The position numbers were made by a program, and so were the translations under genes. From an uncultured Rivularia sp. (GTDB lineage: Bacteria > Cyanobacteriota > Cyanobacteriia > Cyanobacteriales > Nostocaceae): a stretch of 64,000 nt of DNA. Positions 54,291-63,524 of the stretch are shown here, piece after piece; within the stretch, counting starts at the first letter, position 1, and every line of letters starts with the position of its first letter. The notes below the pieces were generated by a model. It did no database searches and was not told where the DNA came from. It worked only from the letters and a program-made list of their open reading frames with translations. The stretch is from positions 1,376,001-1,440,000 of the forward strand of contig OY762007.1 of NCBI GenBank assembly GCA_963665115.1, given 5' to 3'.

Positions 54291-55379
54291 ATGAAACAGC
54301 CCATAGTTGAGCAACCTTCTCAAGCTTCAGATAGACTTTTTTTCTTAGATTTTCTTAAAGCCTTAAGTATTATTGCAGTAGTATCATTTCATGCAATTTT
54401 TCTTCCTCGCACTACTTTTATAACCAGTGCTGGAACTATAGAAACTTTGTTTGCTCCCTTGAGATTCTGCGTTCCAGTTTTTCTAACTATTTCGATGTTC
54501 CTTTTTGAAAGACAAATTGCTAATTCTCCAGAAGAGCCAAAATTACTATTTAAAACACGTTTTAATCGTTTGGGAATTCCTATTTTATTTTGGTTTAGTA
54601 TTGCAGCAGGATTAAAGCTGATCGTTGGGAATTCTATTATAGAAGTTATCGTATCAATTTTCCAAGGAGAAATATTTACGGGTGCTTATTATTTTTTAAT
54701 AATTTTGCAGCTACTATGGAATTTTGTATTAGTTAGAGATTGGATAATTCAAGAAAAAAATATTGTCACCACATTGATTATTCAAGCAGTATGTTTATTG
54801 TTTGTTTATGCTACTATTAGCGGTTTTTTTGTAGATGAAGTTTTACAAGTTTTAGTATTTCTGGAACGTCCCTTAATTATTTATTGGCTTGCTTACATAG
54901 CTTTTGGCGTATATATTTATCAAAATTTTGACCGGATAGAGAGGATATCTCGTTCTTTAAGTAAAACCAATAAAATTTTGCTTTTATGCTTGACTGCGGC
55001 AACAATGATGGCTGAATACAGAGTATTAACTTTCTTTTTAGCAGATTCCTTACGTCCTTTCGATTATGCGGCATTTTCCTGTATCTTGAGCGTACCAACG
55101 ATGTTTATATGTTTTGCATCAGTCAACGAAAAAAGCTTTCCGTCACCAATAGTTAAACTAACAAAACTATTATCAAAATACAGCTTAGGGATATTTTGTA
55201 TAAACGGTATTTTAGCGCAAATATTTTTATCTATAGGTACAAGATTATTTAGTCAGGTAAATTTCAATCTTGCCGAAATACTTGGAATCAAAATTATCGG
55301 TTGGATTGGATTACTTTTATTATCGTTACTATTATCAATTATATTAAAACAATTGGGATTAAAAAAAGTTGTTTGTTAG
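54291..55379 (+). CDS. acyltransferase-3 (polysaccharide O-acyltransferase)
   Basis: R.FFLD.LKA.SI.AVV.FH, FCVPVF, SKYSLGIF; multi-TM. Confidence 0.85.
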   Translation: MKQPIVEQPSQASDRLFFLDFLKALSIIAVVSFHAIFLPRTTFITSAGTIETLFAPLRFCVPVFLTISMFLFERQIANSPEEPKLLFKTRFNRLGIPILFWFSIAAGLKLIVGNSIIEVIVSIFQGEIFTGAYYFLIILQLLWNFVLVRDWIIQEKNIVTTLIIQAVCLLFVYATISGFFVDEVLQVLVFLERPLIIYWLAYIAFGVYIYQNFDRIERISRSLSKTNKILLLCLTAATMMAEYRVLTFFLADSLRPFDYAAFSCILSVPTMFICFASVNEKSFPSPIVKLTKLLSKYSLGIFCINGILAQIFLSIGTRLFSQVNFNLAEILGIKIIGWIGLLLLSLLLSIILKQLGLKKVVC

Positions 55380-55422
55380 TAGGGAGTAGAGAAGGAGAAG
55401 GCTCCTAACTCTTAACTCCTTC

Positions 55423-56664
55423 CTAATCCCACTCTAATTTAAGACTTGCATAACCACGGTCTATTAATGTGGGAACACGATTTAATTCTTGGTTGGGAGT
55501 AATTCGTAAATTAGGCAATCTCTGAGATAATACTTCTAAAGTAATACGCGTTTCTCGACGAGCTAAGTCGAAACCCGTACAGTGATGTTTTCCATGACTG
55601 AATGCGAGATGGTTGACCGGAGCGTCTTTGAAACGTTCGATATCAAAGCGTTCGCTATCTTTGAATTGCTCGGAATCCCGGTTTGCTGAACCGAAAAGTA
55701 AAACCACCCGGCTATCTTTTGGTATTGTCGTTCCTGATACACTAACTTCTTGAGTGGTAACTCGAACCATTGATTGAACTGGTGTATCGTATCTCAGGAC
55801 TTCTTCAAGAGCAATGGGAATCAATGATGGATTTTCGTGTAAACTTTGCCATGTTTTCTGATCTTCTACTAACAGTTTGATTGCGGTTTCAATTAAACTT
55901 GCAGTTGTCTTATGTCCGGCTATAATAACTTCACATAAAAGTAAAACTTGTTCCGGTAATGTGAGGTCGCTGCTTTGTAGTTGGCCGATTAAATCGTTGC
56001 TAGGAGTGGAACTTTGTTTTTCGATTAAGCTAGCAAAATAATATTGTAACTCAACAAAGCTTTTAGCACATTCGATTTGACGTTCCGGTGTTAAAGGTGT
56101 TGAAAATAAAGCTGAGGTGCTATTTCCACAATGTTTTACGAATTCCATTTTTTCTAAAGGTACTCCGCACATTGTAAAAATAACTTCGAGGGGTAGTGGA
56201 TGAGCAAATTGCGATACGATTTCTACTTTGCCATCATTAATAAAATTATCTACCAATCTCGACGTAATAGTACGAATGGAGTCTTCTTCTTTGATCAGCC
56301 GCTCTGGTGCGAATGCTTTTGCAAAAGGAGTGCGTAACCGTTTATGTTGTTTCCCATCGCTATTAATTACTGAAACGAAGGGAAATCCTTGATGCATCAC
56401 TTCTATCACTTCTGGAGTTAAATCTCCAGCATTCTGAAGACTCTTAGCTGAAGAATATATTTTAGGATTTTTTAATATATTTAAAACATCTTCGTATCTT
56501 GTTATTACGTAAGCTTTCAATAATTCGCTGTAAAATACTGGTTGCTCATTTCTGGCACGTTGATAAAACGGATAGGGATTTTCAAGTTGTGGATTGGAAA
56601 AAGGTTGATATTCTTCTCCTGCATGAAAAGGGCAAATATTCTTTGTCATTTTATTGGTATCCAT
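55423..56664 (-). CDS. cytochrome P450 (atypical I-helix AGHKT)
   Basis: EEVLRY (EXXR), SANRD, HLAFSHGKHHCTG heme-Cys. Confidence 0.95.
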   Translation of the reverse strand: MDTNKMTKNICPFHAGEEYQPFSNPQLENPYPFYQRARNEQPVFYSELLKAYVITRYEDVLNILKNPKIYSSAKSLQNAGDLTPEVIEVMHQGFPFVSVINSDGKQHKRLRTPFAKAFAPERLIKEEDSIRTITSRLVDNFINDGKVEIVSQFAHPLPLEVIFTMCGVPLEKMEFVKHCGNSTSALFSTPLTPERQIECAKSFVELQYYFASLIEKQSSTPSNDLIGQLQSSDLTLPEQVLLLCEVIIAGHKTTASLIETAIKLLVEDQKTWQSLHENPSLIPIALEEVLRYDTPVQSMVRVTTQEVSVSGTTIPKDSRVVLLFGSANRDSEQFKDSERFDIERFKDAPVNHLAFSHGKHHCTGFDLARRETRITLEVLSQRLPNLRITPNQELNRVPTLIDRGYASLKLEWD

Positions 56665-56728
56665 TGTTCAATAGTATGAAAGTTTATTAATAGTTTTTAG
56701 CGATTCCAGATTCTGCATACCTCTTTAA

Positions 56729-56758
56729 ACTTATAGAGGTGTAAATTTTCAATTATTC
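56729..56758 (-). promoter_or_regulatory. cluster motif copy: GAATAA-N14-CTCTATAAGT
   Basis: Same spacing as the copies before four other cluster genes. Confidence 0.5.
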
Positions 56759-57304
56759 ATTGACGCTTGAAGATTGTGAAGTTTGAACGTTGATAGAGGT
56801 ATTACCTTTGGCTTTACTTAAACCATGCATCATCATAAAAGCGCCTAAGAGGATAAACACGCTTACAGTTCTCAAACCTATAGTTGCTAAAATTTCCATC
56901 CAAAATACTCCTCCGGGATAACCCTTGGCGGTAACGACAAAGCTTTGGGTAAGACCAAATATGGCAGCAAAAACTTGGATTGTAAGACCTGTGTAGGCAC
57001 TGGGGACAAAAAACCAAAATAATAGTTTAGTCCGTAATTGGGTGAAGCAACCGTAGGGAATAGCCATCCCCACAGCCATAGTCAGCAGTCCTAACATTAC
57101 GCCCAAAGTATGAGCAGAAAGTCCTCCTCTGGGATTGATATAAAAAGGTATGAACAAAGGTGCAATACAGCCTAATGAAAAAATACTAAAACCATGCCAT
57201 AGAAATCTACGTCGATACTCCCCAATCTCAAGTTGGCTCAATAAATTGGGCGTTGTAGATGATGAATTTATATTATTAGTTTGGTCAAATGTATTAGCTT
57301 GCAT
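56753..57304 (-). CDS. 4-TM membrane protein resembling styrene-oxide isomerase (StyC) family
   Basis: RRFLWHG...NPRGGLSAHTLGVMLG.L..AVG matches the StyC-like HG...P.G..AH....G pattern; size (183 aa) and topology similar. Confidence 0.55.
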   Translation of the reverse strand: MQANTFDQTNNINSSSTTPNLLSQLEIGEYRRRFLWHGFSIFSLGCIAPLFIPFYINPRGGLSAHTLGVMLGLLTMAVGMAIPYGCFTQLRTKLLFWFFVPSAYTGLTIQVFAAIFGLTQSFVVTAKGYPGGVFWMEILATIGLRTVSVFILLGAFMMMHGLSKAKGNTSINVQTSQSSSVNE

Positions 57305-57354
57305 TTTTTACCTCAAATGATTATTTGTTATTGTTCAATTGTAGAAATCGGAAA

Positions 57355-58377
57355 TTACCCATGCTGACATTCAATAATGGTGCAGGGGGATTGAGTTTTT
57401 ATAATGTTGGTAACTTGTAAACCTGCTTTTTGTGCAAGTTTTACCAACTCATCTTGAGTGCGTACCCACGCCCCTGGATGGGTAATTAACAACTGCAAAT
57501 CTAGAAAGGTTGCAAAAGATGATTCTTGAGAACAAACAATCGGATCTATAATTAATAGTCTGCTATCCTTGGGCATCGCCTGTTTACAGTTGCATAAAAT
57601 TTTTATGGCTTGTTCGTCGTTCCAATTGTGGATAATTTGCTTGAGAACATAAATATTCCCTCCCGTGGGTACGGAAGTAAAAAAGTCTCCCTCAACCATC
57701 TCATAGCTTTTATGACTACTGGCTTGATTCCGGGCAATAACTGATGGTAGTTCAAATAAAACACCACTCATGGTAGAGTCAGCTTCTAAAATCGAAACTA
57801 ATAAACTTCCGTCTCCCCCGCCCAAATCAATTATTTTAGACTCGGAGGGGAAATCATAAGCTGCTAAGACAGCACGATTAATAATAGTGGAATAGTTTTT
57901 TAATCCCGCTTTGAAAGTCGCAAACTGTTCTGGATTTTGCTTGAAGTAGTCAGGCAGCGGCATTCCTAATTGAGCGCTTACACCAGAAGCCCCAGTTTTG
58001 AGGGCAGTAAACATACCTCCCCAAGCCTGCCATAACCATTGCTCGCCTTCTAAGATAACCGCATCACGTACCGAATCTGGAAAATCCGATTGCAAATATT
58101 CCGTCATCTGGGTGTTGGCAAAGTATGAAGGAGCGGATTCGGTAAAAATACCGTTACTTGCTAAGGCTCGCAGTATACGATATAGAGATTGGGTTTCGAC
58201 TTCTGTAGATTGGGCTAGCTCATCGATAGCTTTTGCACCATCTTTGAGTAAATCGGCAATGCCAAGTTTAGCGGCAACGTAAATTCCTTGACTAATGTGA
58301 TGACCAGTTAGCATTTGCATTAACTGTTCGGGAAATTGTTTTACGTTTTTGTCATCGCTCGTTTTGAGTGTAAACAT
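57355..58377 (-). CDS. SAM-dependent O-methyltransferase (Methyltransf_2 with dimerisation domain)
   Basis: AAKLGIADLL, IDLGGGDG, GDFF.SVP, KQIIHNW.D. Confidence 0.92.
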   Translation of the reverse strand: MFTLKTSDDKNVKQFPEQLMQMLTGHHISQGIYVAAKLGIADLLKDGAKAIDELAQSTEVETQSLYRILRALASNGIFTESAPSYFANTQMTEYLQSDFPDSVRDAVILEGEQWLWQAWGGMFTALKTGASGVSAQLGMPLPDYFKQNPEQFATFKAGLKNYSTIINRAVLAAYDFPSESKIIDLGGGDGSLLVSILEADSTMSGVLFELPSVIARNQASSHKSYEMVEGDFFTSVPTGGNIYVLKQIIHNWNDEQAIKILCNCKQAMPKDSRLLIIDPIVCSQESSFATFLDLQLLITHPGAWVRTQDELVKLAQKAGLQVTNIIKTQSPCTIIECQHG

Positions 58378-58471
58378 TTTAATTAGTATTTCATAAGTGA
58401 ATTACGACAGATTATGGTTAGCGATATTTAATGTATTCGCGTTTGCCTTACTGGTTTATTTACCGCTTTAT

Positions 58472-58501
58472 ATTAGTAGAGGTAGGTTTTTTTATTTATG
58501 C
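58472..58501 (-). promoter_or_regulatory. cluster motif copy: GCATAA-N14-CTCTACTAAT
   Basis: Upstream of the O-methyltransferase. Confidence 0.55.
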
Positions 58502-58533
58502 TCCATTTCTATTTGAAATAACTACGATTCTCC

Positions 58534-58575
58534 GGAGCATCCCAATTGTGGAAAAATGCAAATTTGGGATGCTCC
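58534..58575. repeat. GGAGCATCCCAA...TTGGGATGCTCC hairpin
   Basis: 12-bp perfect inverted repeat just after the P450 stop. Confidence 0.7.
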
Positions 58576-58596
58576 TTGATTCTCTTCAAAGCTGCA

Positions 58597-59844
58597 TTAA
58601 TCCCACTCTAAATTAAGACTTAGATAACCACGATTGGTTAATATTGGCGAATGATGCAATTCTTGGTTAGGAGTAATTCGTAAATTTGGCAATCTTTGAG
58701 ATAGTACTTCCAGAGAAATTCTTACTTCTCTTCGAGCCAGGTTGAAACCCGTACAGTGATGGGTTCCGTGACCAAATGCTAAATGGTCAACCGGAGCATC
58801 TTTGAAACGTTCGATATCGAAGCGATCGCCATTTTCATACTTTTGAGAATCTCGGTTAGCCGAAGCATATTGTATAAGCAAGCGACTATCTTCAGGGATT
58901 GTTACTCCTGAGATGGTGACTTCTTGAGTTGCAACCCGAACCATTGATTGGGCTGGTGAATCGTATCGGAGTACTTCTTCGAGAGCTATAGGAATCATTG
59001 ATGGGTTTTGATGTAAGCTTTGCCATGTATCTGGATTATCTAAAAGTAATTTCAAAGCTTTACTCATTAAATTTGCACTGGTTTTATGTCCGGCTATAAT
59101 CATTTCACATAACAGTAAACCGATTTCCATTGCTGTCAGTTCGCTTGTTAGTAATTCACTAATTAAGTCGTCACCGGGAGCCGAACGTCGTTTTTCGACT
59201 AAACTTACTATGTAATGCTGTAAAGTAACAAAACTTCTAGCGCATTCTATTTGACGTTCTGGTGTTAATTTTGACGAGAAGAACAGCCCTACATCATTAC
59301 CACTCTTTTTTACCTGTTCCATCTTTTCTAAAGGTATCCCATACATACTTAAGATGACTTCGAGGGGTAATGGATGACCAAATTTTGATACAATTTCTAC
59401 ACTGCCATCATTAATAAAATTATCTACTAATCTATTCGCGATCGCATAAATTGAATCTTCTTTTTTAGCTAAGTTCTCTGGTGCAAATACTTTGAGAAAA
59501 GGGGCACGCAAACGTCTATGTTGTTCGCCATCACTATTAATTAAAGATGTAAAAGGAAAGCCTTCTTCTAATACTTTTTGGGTTTCTGGAGTCACATTTT
59601 GAGCGGTTTGCAGACTTTTCGCTGATGAAAATACTGTAGGACTTTTAAGGATATGTAATACATCTTCGTACCGTGTAATTACATAAGCATCTACCACCGG
59701 GCTATAAAATACAGGTTGTTCATTTCTGGCTCTTTGTAAAAATGGGTAAGGATTTTCAAGTTGCTCCCCAACAAAAGGTTGAAATTCTTTTCCATGAAAC
59801 GGACAAGCACTAGTCGCAGATTGTGTCTTATTTTGTTCAATCAT
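58597..59844 (-). CDS. cytochrome P450 (atypical I-helix AGHKT), paralogue of 55423-56664
   Basis: EEVLRY, SANRD, HLAFGHGTHHCTG; long shared segments and identical LEWD end. Confidence 0.95.
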   Translation of the reverse strand: MIEQNKTQSATSACPFHGKEFQPFVGEQLENPYPFLQRARNEQPVFYSPVVDAYVITRYEDVLHILKSPTVFSSAKSLQTAQNVTPETQKVLEEGFPFTSLINSDGEQHRRLRAPFLKVFAPENLAKKEDSIYAIANRLVDNFINDGSVEIVSKFGHPLPLEVILSMYGIPLEKMEQVKKSGNDVGLFFSSKLTPERQIECARSFVTLQHYIVSLVEKRRSAPGDDLISELLTSELTAMEIGLLLCEMIIAGHKTSANLMSKALKLLLDNPDTWQSLHQNPSMIPIALEEVLRYDSPAQSMVRVATQEVTISGVTIPEDSRLLIQYASANRDSQKYENGDRFDIERFKDAPVDHLAFGHGTHHCTGFNLARREVRISLEVLSQRLPNLRITPNQELHHSPILTNRGYLSLNLEWD

Positions 59845-59920
59845 TTCTATTTATTGGTAGTTGGTAATTGGTCAAAGGTCACAAATATTAACTAACTATC
59901 TGTAATTCTGTTCTTAATTA

Positions 59921-59950
59921 ATCTATAGGGGTGAGAAAATTTATTTATGC
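59921..59950 (-). promoter_or_regulatory. cluster motif copy: GCATAA-N14-CCCTATAGAT
   Basis: Upstream of the P450 starting at 59844. Confidence 0.6.
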
Positions 59951-60100
59951 AATCAATCTGCTGTAAATTATTCAATTATTTCAACTTCTCCTACAGTTTT
60001 TTCTATTACCACTATTAACTAAAAATCCCTACATCTTTATTAGACAACGGAGGGGGTAGAAATCCAATTACCAACTCCCAATGCCCAATCCCCAATTTAT

Positions 60101-61381
60101 TCATACACTATCGTGTCCCCACAAACCTTTTGCATCCCTGGGCGAACTAAAGCCTACTTGTAAATGCTTTGGCCCGTGGAAGACTATATTATTTGCCCAT
60201 TCAATTGATTCTTCTTTCAAAGTCAAATTCGGCAATCGATTTATTAAAGTGTTTAATGCAATGGTGACTTCAGCACGGGCTAAACTTGAACCCAAGCAGA
60301 AATGAATACCGCTTCCGAAACCGCTATGCTTAGTTGCTTCTCGTTGAAAATTTAATTCGTCGGGGTTTTCAAACTGTTCCTCATCTCTATTAGCGGAACC
60401 CAAAATCAAACCAACGCTATCGCCGCGCTTAATTATCTTCCCGTCAATTTCAAAATCTTCATAAGCCCAACGACTAACCATTTGCACCGGGGAATCATAT
60501 CGAACCAACTCTTCTACTGCTGCGGGAATTAATTCGGGGTGCGATCGCAACAGTTTCAACTGCTTGGGATGACGCAATAGAGCCAATATTCCCTTACTTA
60601 TCAAATTAACTGTAGTTTCGTGACCTGCTGTTAATAAGTGTATGCAGGTAGCTAATATTTCCTCGTCATTTAATTTATTTCCTTCATCTCTTGCCTTAAC
60701 TAAAGCTGTAATTAAATCCTTTCCCGGCTCAACGTGTCTTTTAGCAATTTCCTTTTTGAAATATTCAATAAATCCTTGAGTTGCTGCTTCAGCTTGTTCG
60801 TACACTTCCGGGGATGGTGTCAAACGACTGGCGCTAGCGTGTTGTAGAGCTAAGGCCCATTGTCGGAATAGTGGTCTGTCCTTGGGGTCAACACCCAACA
60901 TATCGGCAATTACCATAATCGGTAAAGGGAAAGCAAAATCTTCAACTAAATCCATTTCCCCTTGCAGATGAACTTTATCTAATAGACAATCAGCTATTCC
61001 GATAATGGCAGGCCTCAAATTTTCCACCATCTTGGCAGAAAATACTTTATTAACAATAGTTCTTAATCTTGTATGAGTTGGTGGATCTCGGAACACCATC
61101 CAATTACTCACCATCGAACTAAATCCCCGATAAGCCTTCGGTACGGGTGCCCCTTCACCATCATCTCGTACCTTGCTAGCTTCTCTACCAAACTTCGGAC
61201 TTTCCATTACTTTCATCACATCCCGGTATCGGAATAGATACCAAGCACCATCTAATTTAGGATTTGCAGAAAGCCCCCAATGTACTGGATCTTCTTTTCT
61301 ATAAAGACTGTAATAAGTATAAGGGTCGCTAATTACTTCTTTGACAAATGGATTTAATCTTTCAATTGTAGAAATTGACAT
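60101..61381 (-). CDS. cytochrome P450 (canonical AGHET)
   Basis: DPP.HTRLR, LLTAGHETT, EELVRY, FGSGIHFCLG. Confidence 0.96.
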   Translation of the reverse strand: MSISTIERLNPFVKEVISDPYTYYSLYRKEDPVHWGLSANPKLDGAWYLFRYRDVMKVMESPKFGREASKVRDDGEGAPVPKAYRGFSSMVSNWMVFRDPPTHTRLRTIVNKVFSAKMVENLRPAIIGIADCLLDKVHLQGEMDLVEDFAFPLPIMVIADMLGVDPKDRPLFRQWALALQHASASRLTPSPEVYEQAEAATQGFIEYFKKEIAKRHVEPGKDLITALVKARDEGNKLNDEEILATCIHLLTAGHETTVNLISKGILALLRHPKQLKLLRSHPELIPAAVEELVRYDSPVQMVSRWAYEDFEIDGKIIKRGDSVGLILGSANRDEEQFENPDELNFQREATKHSGFGSGIHFCLGSSLARAEVTIALNTLINRLPNLTLKEESIEWANNIVFHGPKHLQVGFSSPRDAKGLWGHDSV

Positions 61382-61413
61382 TTTTGCTCGCAGAGATTTT
61401 TTATTCCTTATTT

Positions 61414-61445
61414 ATTCATAGGGGGTGAGGGGTTGGAGATTATGC
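61414..61445 (-). promoter_or_regulatory. cluster motif copy: GCATAA-N16-CCCTATGAAT
   Basis: Upstream of the P450 starting at 61381; the spacer contains C runs that may be over-called. Confidence 0.55.
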
Positions 61446-61821
61446 AATTTTTAGTTGGGAGTTAGGAGTTAGGAGTTAGGAGTTAGGTATTAAGAATGAA
61501 AAAATTAGTTTGTAGGTTGGGTTAAAAGCACGAATAATATGTCTGCTCCCACTCAATATTTAACTCACGCTTTTAACCCAACATCCAGATTTTGGTTATA
61601 GATTATGAAGTGGCGATCGCCGCATTATGGTGATGTTGGTTAATTTTATTTTTCGGAGCCAGATGGTAAGTGCGTCTTTAACCCAACTTACTTTCCTATT
61701 TTCTATACAACCTCAAATACAAGAGAGACGTAGCAGTGCTACGTCTCTACAACATGGTGGGTTATTTACGAATAATTTTATTTCTGTTCCCCGTTCCCTT
61801 TTTCTGTAATTATCATATATG

Positions 61822-63059
61822 CTAAAATTTACCAGATTTGACATTGATGAATAAGCTGAAGATTACGATTGAGATTATACTCACAGCAGCACCGATGAAA
61901 CAAACTGCTGCGATTCCTCCGATACCAAATATGATTCCTGCAAATACCGGGGGCCGATTGCTCTACCAAGTGATTGAGTTGTGACGTTGAGAGACATGAA
62001 ACCAGAACGGTATTCTTGAGGAGCAAGTTTAGCGATGGATGATTGAAGGGTAGGAAATGCTAGAGCTTCAACTAATCCGATGAGTACAGAGGGGATTACC
62101 AACATAGGAATTGAATCAACTGTGGGAATGATGCATAAAGCAACTGCGAAGATGACGAAGGATACTTGAATTAATTTGATTTCAGAAACTTTGTGAGCGA
62201 ATAAGGTGACGAAGAAGGAGAAGACTGCTAAAGATAAAGCGTTTGTCGTTAATACCATTCCAATTACCGCGCTCGTTGCTCCCAGATTCTCTCCTGCGAA
62301 GACTGGAGTGAAGGTATAGAATGCTCCAAATTCAACCATGAATAAGGTAATTACCGCAGAAAACAACAGTAAAACATTTCGATTTTGAATACTTTTAAAT
62401 ATATTTTTAACGTAGCTACCAAGTTGAAATTTCTCAGTATGCTTTTGTGTTTTAGGCAATTTAAGTTTTAAGCCTACTAGTAATGCAACCGGAATAGCTA
62501 ATAATGATAGTGCGAACGGGTATCTCCAATTTAAAGAAGCTAACACTCCTCCTAACATAGGATAAATAGTTGAACCCACACCGATTGCACCTCCATTGAA
62601 AGCCATTGCAGCCGTTAATTTGTTCCCACTATATGAGCTACTAATTATTGAAAGTACCAGAGCCTCTAAAGAAGCACCACCAAGTCCCTGTAAAATTCTC
62701 CATTCTATAAGAGAGCGGAAGTTGGGAGCGAAAGCACATAAAACACCACCCAGAGCAAATACAAGTAAGGAAGGAATCAAAATTTTCTTAAAGCCAAAAC
62801 GGTCAGCTAAAACCCCGAATATTGGTGTTCCAATTGCAACTGGCATTAGATAAGCTGCCATAATCAATCCCGATTGTTGGGGAGAAATATTTAATCCTGT
62901 AGCTATAGTAGAAAGAATTGGACTTATGCTGAACAAAGGCATAATTGCTATCATCGTTATACTGACAACAAATAACAGATTTTTATCTTGAAAAATATTG
63001 CCTTTTGATTGTTCTGCTCTACCTGCTTGAGAATTAATTGGTTTTAATGGTGTAGTCAT
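61822..63059 (-). CDS. MFS (DHA1-like) efflux transporter, frameshift near the C-terminus
   Basis: G.LADRFG.K and WRILQGLG motifs; correcting the G run at 61949-61953 gives GPVFAGIIFGIGG...SGKF* at 61822 and restores the last TM segments. Confidence 0.88.
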
Positions 63060-63113
63060 TTTCCTTATTTACCTTAGTATTTTTTTCTAATTGATTTGTT
63101 TTTTGCGTTATTA

Positions 63114-63143
63114 ATTCATAGGGAATAAGAAAAATATTTATGC
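63114..63143 (-). promoter_or_regulatory. cluster motif copy: GCATAA-N14-CCCTATGAAT
   Basis: Upstream of the MFS gene. Confidence 0.6.
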
Positions 63144-63275
63144 TTTCGATATAGCTTGAGCTAAAATTATTTTTATGCATACACCACCTAATTCTTTACT
63201 CAGTAAAGGTTTTAACTATATATTGCGAAATGTTAATACATCAAGCAGAGTCTTTTAATAAGTAGTTATAAGAAT

Positions 63276-63306
63276 AAAAAAAACTGCGTCTATTTGTTTG
63301 ACGCAG
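63276..63306 (-). terminator. intrinsic terminator upstream of the P450 cluster
   Basis: Minus strand CTGCGTC-N9-GACGCAG followed by T8. Confidence 0.7.
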
Positions 63307-63360
63307 GCTTAAAAATAATATTGGTTTAAAACTTAGTATTCCACCACACTAATTTTAAAG

Positions 63361-63405
63361 GGTTCGTAGTAGCGTGCCCGCCAGGGCATAGCGCTACTAC
63401 GAACC
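63361..63405. repeat. palindromic dispersed repeat GGTTCGTAGTAGCG...CGCTACTACGAACC
   Basis: 14-bp arms; related units at about 29566, 31809 and 47484-47602. Confidence 0.75.
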
Positions 63406-63524
63406 TAATTTATTGCAATCGGAATTACAGCAAGTGCCATAACACACCCTACTCTAGACGTAATAATCTCTTTTCTTTACACTGATGAGATAAAGAAATA
63501 AATTTTCATTTATAGAGATGATTT

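Noticed and set aside
42983..55379. EPS operon as a novel system
   Set aside because: Ordinary Wzx/Wzy-dependent gene set; only the repeat-flanked GT4 gene is flagged.
63333..63389. Aromatic-rich micro-ORF MPWRARYYEPFKISVVEY as a P450-RiPP precursor
   Set aside because: It starts inside a palindromic dispersed repeat and lacks a clear RBS. I found no MxYxH-type or leader-core precursor in the cluster's intergenic regions.
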